28,694 nt of DNA from the IMG/VR virus record IMGVR_UViG_3300020156_000190, positions 1 to 28,694 of that record, one strand, 5' to 3'. This document shows, one piece after another, positions 14,091 to 23,449 of this stretch (position 1 is its first letter; every line of letters starts with the position of its first letter). The position numbers and the translations under genes were made by a program. Below the pieces are notes generated by a model. It was not told the origin of the DNA. It worked only from the letters and a program-made list of their open reading frames with translations, and ran no database searches. The DNA is from a virus. Its lineage: Duplodnaviria > Caudoviricetes.

Positions 14091-15911
14091 CTAAATGCTA
14101 AACGAAATGGAATCCAAAATCAACCAATTTGTACCCGAAGAGAATGCTCCAATCCGAACATTTCCATTTGTTAATATTTCGATTGTAATAGGTGTGGCTG
14201 TCCCGCCTGCGTTAGATATACTAACAACTGATATGTTGTTTTGCGGCCTGTATGCAAGAGGTAAATTAAATAGAACCGTGTTTGCACTGGCTGTCCCATT
14301 TTTAATGAATCCCTTCAGGTGAACCCTTCCTCGATCCATAGCATAGCCAGGTGGATTATACCCCCCCCCAAATTCCACCCATCCATTTAATAGTTCGGGT
14401 GAATGCCATGCTTCATCAGTAAATTTATTACTTGGATCAGAAAAGACATTTCCATCAATAAAAAAATCAGAGATACGGTTATCTTTTAAGATGTTATTCG
14501 CAATCGAACAGTCAGTAAATGACCCTGACCCGCCGTAGTTTGTTACATAAATCCCGTACTTCTGTGTTTTTACCGCTTGGTCATCGTAACAGATGTTGTT
14601 ATTAATGCTTATTCCTTTGCCCTGCTTCGGCAACGTTATACCGTCCTTAAGCGCCAATCCAATGCCGCCGCCAAAAGTAAAACCTTCCTTATTGCAGTTG
14701 GAGATTATGTTGTTTTCAACCGTTAAGTAGGAGCAATTTGCGATTGCTATTCCATCTCCGCCACAACTAGTTATTACGTTATCTGCAATTACCGAGTTGG
14801 GTGTCGCCCATTCAATTCCACAAGCAGTCACGTCAACCATATACGCATTTGAAATCTTATTGTTTGTCGCCGAGTTGTATTCAGTTGGATATTCTGCCGA
14901 TGATTCCGAGTAAATCGAGGACTCACCAACATTATCAATCCGGCAGTTATTTACTGACCCTTTTTTGCCAAGCATAAACACAGCAGACCAGCGGCAATCA
15001 TCAAAATCACAATCTTCGACCACAAGCCCCTCGTTACCGTATGCGGCCCAAACAGCAGGCACAGATTTCGGCGACATTCCTCGCCAAGCGGTTAAGTTTT
15101 GACCGTGATCATAAAACTTACAACCTATGACCTTTGTATTTTTCCCTCCTTGAAAAGCAATTCCGATTCCCATATATCCTGTAAACTCGCAGTTCTCTAT
15201 TAAGATGTCGCTACATCCCAAAAGGAACATTGCAGGTTCGGCAGTTCCGGGAGTTGTGGGGTCAACTTTATTTCCGACAAATTTAATGTCTCTGACTACT
15301 ACATTATTAATGTTTCCCACATTAAAAAATCCAAATGTCGGTAACACATCTGGTTTCATTTTAATAACCGTTGCGCCCTTTACGCCTTCGATTGTAATAT
15401 TGCTTGGGGGTTGCATATAACTTGAATAGATGAATGTCCCTGCCGGGAACCGTACTCTACCGCCTTTTGCACCCGCAGCCGCAATAGCGTTTTTTATTGC
15501 AGTTGTATCATCAGTAACGCCATCACCAACCGCTCCAAAAGCTTTAACGTTATACGCTATATCCGCTAACCGCGCATCAGAGGCGTTCAGGCGATCGCCC
15601 AAAACTGGATATTCACCGCGTGAATCTACAATTTCTGTATTGCTATCCCCCGATTGAGCGACAATTTCGCTGATGCGGGTATAAGTTTTATCAATTGCGT
15701 CTTTCGCATCATTAGCAGTTGCTACAACGCCTTGATAGGTGATGCTTTGCGCCGGGTGCGCTGTTGTCGAATTTTTATGTGCTTCGAGCTTGTTGTCTGC
15801 ATCAGTTTTGTTTGCAGCAATTTCATTGTTTAAGTTTTGAAAGTTCTGATTAATCTTGGGGTTACTTATTCGTAATTTCTCGCCAATAGGTATGGTTTTA
15901 ATTTCCGCCAA
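14091..15911 (-). CDS. Tailspike / receptor-binding protein with a pectate-lyase-like right-handed beta-helix
   Basis: YNVKAFGAVGDGVTDDTTAI...VRFPAGTF; parallel beta-helix repeats; C-terminal L.NGW...GRVHLKG...LFNLPLAYRP module. Confidence 0.85.
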   Translation of the reverse strand: MAEIKTIPIGEKLRISNPKINQNFQNLNNEIAANKTDADNKLEAHKNSTTAHPAQSITYQGVVATANDAKDAIDKTYTRISEIVAQSGDSNTEIVDSRGEYPVLGDRLNASDARLADIAYNVKAFGAVGDGVTDDTTAIKNAIAAAGAKGGRVRFPAGTFIYSSYMQPPSNITIEGVKGATVIKMKPDVLPTFGFFNVGNINNVVVRDIKFVGNKVDPTTPGTAEPAMFLLGCSDILIENCEFTGYMGIGIAFQGGKNTKVIGCKFYDHGQNLTAWRGMSPKSVPAVWAAYGNEGLVVEDCDFDDCRWSAVFMLGKKGSVNNCRIDNVGESSIYSESSAEYPTEYNSATNNKISNAYMVDVTACGIEWATPNSVIADNVITSCGGDGIAIANCSYLTVENNIISNCNKEGFTFGGGIGLALKDGITLPKQGKGISINNNICYDDQAVKTQKYGIYVTNYGGSGSFTDCSIANNILKDNRISDFFIDGNVFSDPSNKFTDEAWHSPELLNGWVEFGGGYNPPGYAMDRGRVHLKGFIKNGTASANTVLFNLPLAYRPQNNISVVSISNAGGTATPITIEILTNGNVRIGAFSSGTNWLILDSISFSI

Positions 15912-15925
15912 TATACTCGCCCCCT

Positions 15926-16735
15926 TTAGGCTGCGTATTTAAAGTTAAAGATGATGTCTATGGTTATATTTAAACCAGTGCCCCCGACGACCACATTGGA
16001 GATTCCTGGAGGCAGTTTGCCGAATTGAGCATTTGAATTTTGAAGGACGTTCGTTGTGCCGACCTTTGCGGTTCTTCGTTTGAAATCCAATTCCAAAACG
16101 CCATTTAATGGTGCGTTATATGTGAAAACAACTCCACCTACCGTTAGAGATAAAGAAGAAAACGCCCCCGATATCTTAATGATCGGTAGAGCGTTTTGAT
16201 TTCCAATGTTGTTAATTTCAAGGGTGCTTGGAGCCGTGATACTGTACGAATAATCATCATCCCAAGCGAAATCATCATCCCATGTGTAATCCGTGTCCCA
16301 CGTGAGTATGTCGGACGTGGATTCCGCACTGTACGCAAATGGATCGTAGGCTGTAAACGGAAGCGTAAACGTCCCCAGTCCCGCGATCCGGTCTATTTGC
16401 AAATCTCCCGAGTAGCGGACTGCGTATTGTCTATCCGGTTGGTTTGCGAAGACAATTGGCATAGTTCGCGGCCTGCCGTCACCATCAAGTAAATAGGCAG
16501 CAAGAGCGCCCACTTTGGATTGTAATTCGGTTGCATCGCGCGTCATAAATGCACATTCTAAATTAAATGATTTTGGCCCCATATAAGCGCCGAAATCATA
16601 CGCTCCATGCATCTCGGGGACTGTAACGACATTATCGACGGTTGCCGAGAGGATAGGGCGCTGCGACTGTCTAAGCACTTGCATGCCGAGTTCTGACGGC
16701 GTCTTGTCTCCAAGATATTTAACTACATCACTCAA
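15926..16735 (-). CDS. Distal tail protein (Dit)
   Basis: Follows the tape measure gene; VPEMHGAYDFG, QPDRQY.V and F.AYDPFAYS motifs. Confidence 0.82.
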   Translation of the reverse strand: MSDVVKYLGDKTPSELGMQVLRQSQRPILSATVDNVVTVPEMHGAYDFGAYMGPKSFNLECAFMTRDATELQSKVGALAAYLLDGDGRPRTMPIVFANQPDRQYAVRYSGDLQIDRIAGLGTFTLPFTAYDPFAYSAESTSDILTWDTDYTWDDDFAWDDDYSYSITAPSTLEINNIGNQNALPIIKISGAFSSLSLTVGGVVFTYNAPLNGVLELDFKRRTAKVGTTNVLQNSNAQFGKLPPGISNVVVGGTGLNITIDIIFNFKYAA

Positions 16736-19700
16736 GCAGGAGCACCTCCCAATCCTCTCGTATTGTTTGAAATGTAACTGCCAATTTCTTGGCCCAATTT
16801 TGTTATGTCATTATCACTTCTGATAACAAAATTAGCCCCCCTAAACATATCAGAGAAGTTATTTGTTACTTGCGTAGCGCCCGAACCGCCATTGCTCATT
16901 GCATTCATTTTCGACACGTTTGCAGGGTTTATTGTTGGATTCAAAGCTAGCTCTCTATTTAACCCCGACATAGCCATATTGATGTTTTTTGCGCCGTCCG
17001 TAATACCGTTTTTCATGCCATTTGTAATTCTGTTTGTTGTATCCATTGCAGCACTTAAGGCGTATTTAGATGATTTTTCAATCCCCACACCCAATCCAGT
17101 GCCAACCGTCATGCCGACCTCATCGCGGATGCGTCGAGATGGAGAGTGACTGTTGAAACCACTTTTAAATCCCTCTACAACCCCATCGACAAAGCCCAAA
17201 ACTTGATCCCTAAGCCAACCAGCAGAGTTTTTTATACCATTCCATAGGCCGTTTACAACATCCTTACCAATGTCCACCATTCTGCCGGGAAGTTCATCGA
17301 AAAACTTAATTATGGAATTGATTACTTTTGGAATCTCTGTTTGTGCTGTAGATATTAAGTTTAAGGCCCAATCCTTAACGTTTTGCAACGCCGTTGATAG
17401 TGCTGTGGAGATTCTTGTTGGAATTTGTGCGAAAAACGTTGCGATATTATTAATCAGCTTGGGTATTTCCGTAGCAATCCAAGCACCAACATTAATGCCC
17501 CATTGTTTTATGTTGTTAAATGCCGATGTGATCGCCGTCCCAATTTTTCCGGGCAACTCCGCAAAAAAAGTCCCAATGCTATTAATCAGCTTCGGAACCT
17601 CTACTTTTGCCCAATTCCACGCATCGACGCCCCATTTTGTGATTGTTCCGAGTGCTAGGCCGAGAGCATAGCCGATCTTGTTAGGCAGTTCATTAAAAAA
17701 TTGGATTATACCTTCAATGATCTTTGGTATTTCGGTTGTAACCCACGCTACTGTATCAACCCCCCACTGTTTGATGGACGCCAGTAGTGAGTTAAATGAT
17801 TCCACAATCCTTTCAGGTAACGAGGCAAACCATCCGATTACATTATCAATCATTTTTGGGATTTCAACGGTAAACCATTCTGCAAGATTGGCCCCCCATT
17901 GTTTTATTCCATCCAGCACACCATTAACATATCCGGTTATGCTGTCCCAATTTTGAAATGCATAAACAACAGCCTTTATGGCTGCGGTAACAACAGTAAA
18001 TGGGGCCAGTAACGCCAGTATTGCGATTTTAAGCGGTGCCGCTAGTTTCATGATTTCGTCCCACTTGTTGTATAGGACAGCAACGCCAGCAGCAAATGCC
18101 GCAATAGCCGCAACGATCAACCCTATTGGGTTAGCCGCCATGGCTGCATTCAAGCCCCATTGAGCGGTTGTGAGGGCCTGAATGGATGTGATAACAGTAT
18201 TTATAAGAGAACCGACTTTCCAGCCTAAAAAGGCAGTTCCAACCGCCGCCACTCCCGAGGCTAATGCTCCAGCATGGTCAATGATCCACATCATCCCGTC
18301 AACAATTGGCTTGGTATCAACATTTTTTAAACTTGCTACCAATTCATTGATTTTGGGAAGCAATGCTGTTCCAACGGGCTCTGCGATTTCTGTTATTAAG
18401 TTGCGTTTCAACCCTTCTAGTGCCGAATCAATGTCATTGTATTTGACTTCATTTATTTTTTGCAGCGTATCGGAGGTCATATCAGCTTGAGAGCGGACAT
18501 TCCCTAGCGCCAAGATCGCTCCAGCTTCCAAGTCTTCAAATTGCGTACCAAAAAGAGCTACGCCGATTTGATTTCGTTTAACAGGGTCCTCTATCCCCTC
18601 CAAAGCGGATATGACTTTACCGAAAGCAGCTTGGGCCGTTTCTCCTCCCGCCGCGAAGGACTGTGTCATCAAATCGGCGTTGAGTCCAAGTTGCTGGAAT
18701 GCCTGCGCGGATGAATCACTGCCGTCTTTTGCCCGGATGTTAAATTCCTTGATAGCATCCCCGACTTTATCAATCGACCACGCGCCTTCATTGGCCCCTT
18801 GAATCAATATGTCCAAAAATTGCTCGGCGCTATAGCCCATTGCCTTAAATTGCGGTGAGTACTCGTTTAAAGTGTCTAGCAGGTCACCGTTCTTGTCGGC
18901 CCCATTTTGGGCTCCCTGGGCGATTAATGTCATAGCCTGCTTGCCAGTAATGCCAAACTGCTTCATAAGCGTATTGGACGTTCGGGTTGTCTCGTTGATT
19001 TCATAGCCAAATGTATCGCGAAGCATTAAGGCATCTTTGGTCAACTCTTTCAACGATTCGCCGGTCTCACCGGTCGTTCGTCTGACTTCCGCCATAGCCA
19101 CCGCAACATCTTCCATGCTCTCGCCAAGATTGTCGGTATAGACATCACTTGCAATCTCCTTGAATTCGGCCATTTCCTCTGCGGTTGCGCCGGTTTGAGC
19201 TTGGAAGTTGTTCATAGCCTTAGCGGAGTCATTTGCAAATTTCGCGATCCCTGCAACCGCCGCAGCCGCTGCGGCTCCCACAGCAGCAATTCCAGCAGCC
19301 GCTATTTTTACGGCTCCTTCGCCCATGGATTTCAATCTATCATTAAGGTCATCAACACCATTGGACAAATCATCTGTTTCATCCGCCGCTTCTTGGGATT
19401 CATTCCTTAAATTTTCTAGCGCCTGGGTAGAGCGTCGTATTTCAGCTTCGTTCCTGTTCAATGCCTCTGTTTCTCTGTTGATACGGATGAGTAAATCTTG
19501 TGCCGCCCTGCTGTTTTCGCCCTTCTCAGCGACAATTTGTTGGTATTGTGTTGTAAGATTTTCGACCTTTTTGCGTTGCAGGTCCGTTATGTCATTTAGC
19601 GCCTTGATTCTAGCTTGTAAACCTTCTTCCGATTTTCCCCAATCGTCCATACCGGCAGCAGCGGCCTTGAAACCAGAATCTATTACTTTGATCTGCCGGT

Positions 19701-19776
19701 TTAATTCGGCGATATTGGCTTTAAAGTCAGTAATGTCTAGGTCAACTCTACCGCCGATGTCATTTTCATTAGCCAT
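16732..19776 (-). CDS. Tape measure protein
   Basis: 1014 aa; DLLDTLNEY, DKVGDAIKEFNIR, ANPIGL and HSPSR motifs; Trp/Phe-spaced helical repeats. Confidence 0.95.
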   Translation of the reverse strand: MANENDIGGRVDLDITDFKANIAELNRQIKVIDSGFKAAAAGMDDWGKSEEGLQARIKALNDITDLQRKKVENLTTQYQQIVAEKGENSRAAQDLLIRINRETEALNRNEAEIRRSTQALENLRNESQEAADETDDLSNGVDDLNDRLKSMGEGAVKIAAAGIAAVGAAAAAAVAGIAKFANDSAKAMNNFQAQTGATAEEMAEFKEIASDVYTDNLGESMEDVAVAMAEVRRTTGETGESLKELTKDALMLRDTFGYEINETTRTSNTLMKQFGITGKQAMTLIAQGAQNGADKNGDLLDTLNEYSPQFKAMGYSAEQFLDILIQGANEGAWSIDKVGDAIKEFNIRAKDGSDSSAQAFQQLGLNADLMTQSFAAGGETAQAAFGKVISALEGIEDPVKRNQIGVALFGTQFEDLEAGAILALGNVRSQADMTSDTLQKINEVKYNDIDSALEGLKRNLITEIAEPVGTALLPKINELVASLKNVDTKPIVDGMMWIIDHAGALASGVAAVGTAFLGWKVGSLINTVITSIQALTTAQWGLNAAMAANPIGLIVAAIAAFAAGVAVLYNKWDEIMKLAAPLKIAILALLAPFTVVTAAIKAVVYAFQNWDSITGYVNGVLDGIKQWGANLAEWFTVEIPKMIDNVIGWFASLPERIVESFNSLLASIKQWGVDTVAWVTTEIPKIIEGIIQFFNELPNKIGYALGLALGTITKWGVDAWNWAKVEVPKLINSIGTFFAELPGKIGTAITSAFNNIKQWGINVGAWIATEIPKLINNIATFFAQIPTRISTALSTALQNVKDWALNLISTAQTEIPKVINSIIKFFDELPGRMVDIGKDVVNGLWNGIKNSAGWLRDQVLGFVDGVVEGFKSGFNSHSPSRRIRDEVGMTVGTGLGVGIEKSSKYALSAAMDTTNRITNGMKNGITDGAKNINMAMSGLNRELALNPTINPANVSKMNAMSNGGSGATQVTNNFSDMFRGANFVIRSDNDITKLGQEIGSYISNNTRGLGGAPA

Positions 19777-19806
19777 TGTCTCACCTGCCTTTCACCACGA
19801 ACGCTA

Positions 19807-19995
19807 CTACAGCCATTTAGGAGCTTGTTTGGCCCGTGTATATCGCTTTCCATTGATAACTCTCACGTTAGGGTCCTTCCAAAAAGCAAAATCGAGTAAC
19901 AACTCAAAGTCTGTCTCCTCGATTTCTTTCAAGCCCCATTTGTAGTTATCAGCAAACGTGTGATATAGCGAAATGATCATATCGTAGGCGTCCAT
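19807..19995 (-). CDS. Tail assembly chaperone C-terminal extension (gpT-like)
   Basis: Open in the -1 frame from the slippery site at 20028-20034; W.LKEIEETD motif; precedes the tape measure gene. Confidence 0.75.
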   Translation of the reverse strand: MDAYDMIISLYHTFADNYKWGLKEIEETDFELLLDFAFWKDPNVRVINGKRYTRAKQAPKWL

Positions 19996-20024
19996 ATCTT
20001 CGTTGCCAGCCGCGCTGCCGGGTA

Positions 20025-20360
20025 CTACTTTTTTTCAATCTTGCGGTTGATAGAGGATATAAGCGAATTGATCTGCAAATCTATTTCCTCGTCTGTTAAA
20101 TGATTTTCCAGATCATCTACAGTGAATTTATCTCCATAAGCTTTGCAGATCAGCGCGGCTTTCCGGTCTTTCAGTTCTAAAGTTTTATCCATAATATCAG
20201 TCAGTAAGTCAAAATCTTCTGTTTCTTCTGCTTGCTGCGCCTTTAGTGCTTCTTTCGCAAATTGCAAGGCATCCCGATTGATTTGAAAAGTCTCACGGGT
20301 AATCGCTGCATTAATCGTTGTGGCAACATAGGTCTTGTCTCCAAGCTTAAGTTTTAACAT
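20025..20360 (-). CDS. Tail assembly chaperone (gpG-like)
   Basis: Between the major tail and tape measure genes; ends GAA AAA AAG TAG. Confidence 0.82.
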   Translation of the reverse strand: MLKLKLGDKTYVATTINAAITRETFQINRDALQFAKEALKAQQAEETEDFDLLTDIMDKTLELKDRKAALICKAYGDKFTVDDLENHLTDEEIDLQINSLISSINRKIEKK

Positions 20361-20380
20361 CCTTCATCCCTCCGCAATTT

Positions 20381-20405
20381 AAAAAGGGCGGGAAGCACCC
20401 GCCCA
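20381..20405 (-). terminator. Terminator after the major tail gene
   Basis: GGGCGGG-loop-CCCGCCC followed by TTTT on the minus strand. Confidence 0.75.
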
Positions 20406-20414
20406 TCTATACTT

Positions 20415-21317
20415 TTAGGCTGTCGTAAAATGAATTGTTTGATTTGCTAACGACTGAGCATAAATGTCACTAACTCCGTTGACCATTACAGCGTAGTCCG
20501 TTGCCGCAGACAGATTTGCATTGGGATTGATAGTTAATACTTTTCCGGTCGCGTCGAAATTATAAGCCGCTGGCACAACGCTGAAAGTTTCATCGATCAA
20601 CGAAATAGCATGGTTGGAAATTTTGTTGCTAAATGTGAGCACGACGTTAGCGCCAACAGCAACACCCGTCGCTCCGTCTGCTGGAACGCTGCTAGAAAGT
20701 GTCAGGGCACTGGGTGATCCCGAATTGTCCGGTGTTTGTACTTGGGTAAACCATCCAGTTGGAACGAACGCCGCATCTGCTGTATCGGCAAACACTCGCT
20801 TAAGTGAAATCGCTTCTCCGCCTGTCGTCCACTCGTGTGTAGTGGTTACGGCTGTGTAGGTCAATTCATACGTGCGAATGTCAACGTCTGAAGACTTTGT
20901 AGCAGCCTCTTCCGAACCGCCCGAGAATGTCCCCTTAAAATACCAGTAATAGCGATAATCACTTGGCCCCATGTTGTATCTGAAACCAAGTGCAAGGTAA
21001 GGCGGGTTCGGTTGACCGCTATCATATACACGTCCGCTTGCTTCGTCATATGATTTACCTAGCAATCTTGCCGCGAGTTTTGCAGGGACGTTAGAGACGG
21101 TAATAGTTAGAGTGGTTACACCCTCGGAAACGTAGTTAAACCCAGGTTTGTTGTCATAGTATGTTGGCGTGTTGTTTATTTCCGCTTCCCCCGCTATTTC
21201 AGCAGCGGGAGCTAAATACTCTGGCGCTAACGTTGTATATTCTGTCAAAGTATCATTGATGATTTCAGCGAAATGCAGATTATCTACACCCACAAATTCG
21301 CCATACTGTTTCTCCAT
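20415..21317 (-). CDS. Major tail protein (phi13-like) with C-terminal Ig-like domain
   Basis: GVDNLHFA, YYDN, PPYLALGF and YYWYFKGTF motifs; C-terminal PADGATGV...LTFS...LTINP Ig-like module. Confidence 0.9.
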   Translation of the reverse strand: MEKQYGEFVGVDNLHFAEIINDTLTEYTTLAPEYLAPAAEIAGEAEINNTPTYYDNKPGFNYVSEGVTTLTITVSNVPAKLAARLLGKSYDEASGRVYDSGQPNPPYLALGFRYNMGPSDYRYYWYFKGTFSGGSEEAATKSSDVDIRTYELTYTAVTTTHEWTTGGEAISLKRVFADTADAAFVPTGWFTQVQTPDNSGSPSALTLSSSVPADGATGVAVGANVVLTFSNKISNHAISLIDETFSVVPAAYNFDATGKVLTINPNANLSAATDYAVMVNGVSDIYAQSLANQTIHFTTA

Positions 21318-21328
21318 TTTTTTCCCTC

Positions 21329-21682
21329 CTAAAAGTACATATAGTAACGATAATCACTTGTAAATCCGTAGTGTCCAGTTTTGATATCATAAGGTAGCGA
21401 TCTACCAGACACTCGCATAAAACCAACAGGGAGCAAGATTGAACGCAATGCGTCGTCTGCTCCCTGTGTAATTGCTGGGTCACGGCTATATAGATTAACT
21501 TGAACTCGGTACGTTGTAGAAGTAGGCAGGTTGTCTGCGCTGCTGTCGTTGGGACTGTCGATCAATTGGTAGGTGACATGCGTCTCGGGAAGTGTTTCGT
21601 CCGGAGCGTATGTCCCTTGTTCACGTACAGGATATCCGAGTTCGACAAGCGTGTTATAAATGATCGAGAAAATATCATTCAA
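21329..21682 (-). CDS. Tail completion / terminator protein
   Basis: Gene position; SADN...YRVQVNLYS motif; probable TTG start at 21682. Confidence 0.75.
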   Translation of the reverse strand: MNDIFSIIYNTLVELGYPVREQGTYAPDETLPETHVTYQLIDSPNDSSADNLPTSTTYRVQVNLYSRDPAITQGADDALRSILLPVGFMRVSGRSLPYDIKTGHYGFTSDYRYYMYF

Positions 21683-22100
21683 CCGGCATCCCCCCACGTT
21701 TCAAAACTTCGCGTTGTATCTTTTTGACTTTTGATTTGTTGTTATCAAAGGCGTTGCGAATCCCTGGGTCTGCTGGCTGCGTAGGAGTGCCGTATTCGGT
21801 AAAAACTGCGTGCCAAGCTCCGGGAGACTTCTCGTCATTAATACCTACGTTTACGCCGATTTCGTTTCCGCTTTGCCAGGGCTCCGACAAATCAACACCC
21901 GCTTCCATGACGCCGCTCTTTTTGTGCCGTTCAGCCCATTCCTTGATGTCCTTGTATATCGGTTGAGCACTTTCATATACGGCCATCTTTACTACATCGT
22001 CAACACTTCGCCCAGTAGCGGCAATCTGTTTTGCATATTCTTCAAGTCCTGATAGATCAAGCCTAACGCTCCGGCTCCTTGTATAACGTTTCCCGGCCAT
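21675..22100 (-). CDS. HK97 gp10-like neck protein
   Basis: FTEYGT.TQPADPGIRNAFD motif. Confidence 0.82.
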   Translation of the reverse strand: MAGKRYTRSRSVRLDLSGLEEYAKQIAATGRSVDDVVKMAVYESAQPIYKDIKEWAERHKKSGVMEAGVDLSEPWQSGNEIGVNVGINDEKSPGAWHAVFTEYGTPTQPADPGIRNAFDNNKSKVKKIQREVLKRGGMPVE

Positions 22101-22447
22101 TAGTTATTCACCGCCCGTCTTACCTTCAAAACAAGAAACATATTTCGTTGCTCTACATTTTCGGGCGGTCCAATCACGTCGTAGGCAAGTTTGGAATCGT
22201 CATTTAGTAGCAGCCTATCTTTTTGTGAGATATCCGACCTATACCATAAGACAACATCCGCCGTATCTTCGACGACAAGTGCGCCGGATTGCGTGCTTTC
22301 GGTTCCACCTCGACTCTTCCAATTGCAAAAGTCTAGCGCTGGATCAGCATCCTCATAGACTACTTTAGGCGATCCGTTGACAGTTGTTTCTCGACGGCGC
22401 TGCACACGGATTGGTGTAACCATTTGTTGTACATCTGGACGCCACAT
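22100..22447 (-). CDS. Head closure / head-tail adaptor protein
   Basis: Gene position; WYRSDI...DRL...YDVIGPPENVE motif. Confidence 0.78.
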   Translation of the reverse strand: MWRPDVQQMVTPIRVQRRRETTVNGSPKVVYEDADPALDFCNWKSRGGTESTQSGALVVEDTADVVLWYRSDISQKDRLLLNDDSKLAYDVIGPPENVEQRNMFLVLKVRRAVNN

Positions 22448-22923
22448 TATGCATACTTCCTTGCTCGAAAGGTAACTTTCTGCACTTCGGTGGCACCATC
22501 AGGCAAACTGACATAAAGCTTTGAGTAATAGAATGTGCTTGATGTACCGGGCGCTATCTCCCAATGTCCGAAAGGAACATCCATGTCACTCACCAATAAC
22601 GGTTGCGTGTTATCTTTGGGGTTTTGAATTTCAATTGCATACGCTCCTGTGGGTTCAATCAACTTTGGATAGTCAGTTCCACTGTTTGGATCGACGTCAC
22701 CCGTCAAGATTCCGGGTATTCCTTGGATTTTTAACGATCCAATCGCGGAAATGATTTCGTCCTGCTTTCCAGCTTTCGCAAGAGCCTGAAATTGAGTATC
22801 ATCGATTTTGATGGACGATCCACTTCCACCCCCATCACCACTTGTCGGCATTTTGTCCGTAATACTTCCGTCAGGCAACAACCATTTCGCCGCCATTGGC
22901 GTGTAACTTTCATATTTGGGCAT
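22447..22923 (-). CDS. Hypothetical virion-associated protein
   Basis: 158 aa, tightly coupled to both neighbours; Gly/Ser linker then a beta-rich domain. Confidence 0.7.
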   Translation of the reverse strand: MPKYESYTPMAAKWLLPDGSITDKMPTSGDGGGSGSSIKIDDTQFQALAKAGKQDEIISAIGSLKIQGIPGILTGDVDPNSGTDYPKLIEPTGAYAIEIQNPKDNTQPLLVSDMDVPFGHWEIAPGTSSTFYYSKLYVSLPDGATEVQKVTFRARKYA

Positions 22924-23225
22924 TAACTCTCACCTCCAGGTTCCGGCAGGCTTGACGCCATCAGCTGCGGTAACAATATAACCATAAATGCATCCGAAAA
23001 AGTAACTTCCCCAGGCGTTAAATTCCAAAGGTCATTGACACCGACTGTCAAGGTAGCAATTCCCAACTCGCTCTCAAACTTTTCAGGCGTTATACCTGCG
23101 CCGAGCATATATTGTTTAACCGCTAACACCTTGGGCATTAGAACCGGATTTTGGTATCCGGTCCCAAGCCCAAGCCCTTCCTTGACTTTTTGCAGCAATT
23201 CCGCATCAGTTAGAGCCATTGTCAA
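22923..23225 (-). CDS. Head-tail connector (HK97 gp6 / SPP1 gp15-like)
   Basis: LLQKVKEGLG...YMLGAGI...GVNDLWN motifs; gene position. Confidence 0.78.
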   Translation of the reverse strand: MTMALTDAELLQKVKEGLGLGTGYQNPVLMPKVLAVKQYMLGAGITPEKFESELGIATLTVGVNDLWNLTPGEVTFSDAFMVILLPQLMASSLPEPGGES

Positions 23226-23433
23226 TACTCTCTTCCACAGAATACGGGATCAAAACAATGTTCAAACCCGTTTGCCGCGCTTCATAACGTAACTTCGCGG
23301 ACAAGCTTTGGTGTTCAGCTTCCGTCATTGGTCGTGTTGCCTTCCAAACAAGGACAGTCTGATCCGAACCGTTCGCCAAATCTAAGCCCGCTACCTGTTC
23401 AGCAGCGGGCTTTTCCTTTCTTGGCCTAGCCAT
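23206..23433 (-). CDS. Hypothetical protein after the capsid gene
   Basis: AAGGGTG RBS before MARPRKE. Confidence 0.65.
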   Translation of the reverse strand: MARPRKEKPAAEQVAGLDLANGSDQTVLVWKATRPMTEAEHQSLSAKLRYEARQTGLNIVLIPYSVEESIDNGSN

Positions 23434-23449
23434 ATTTTTCACCCTTTCA

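Noticed and set aside
11431-15911. Diversity-generating retroelement or tail-fibre shufflon
   Set aside because: No reverse transcriptase, template/variable repeat pair, invertase or duplicated C-terminal cassettes were seen.
16805-19945. Several plus-strand ORFs, including 245 aa at 19208..19945
   Set aside because: They are antisense shadows of the tape measure gene, as are similar ORFs opposite the capsid, terminase and tail genes.
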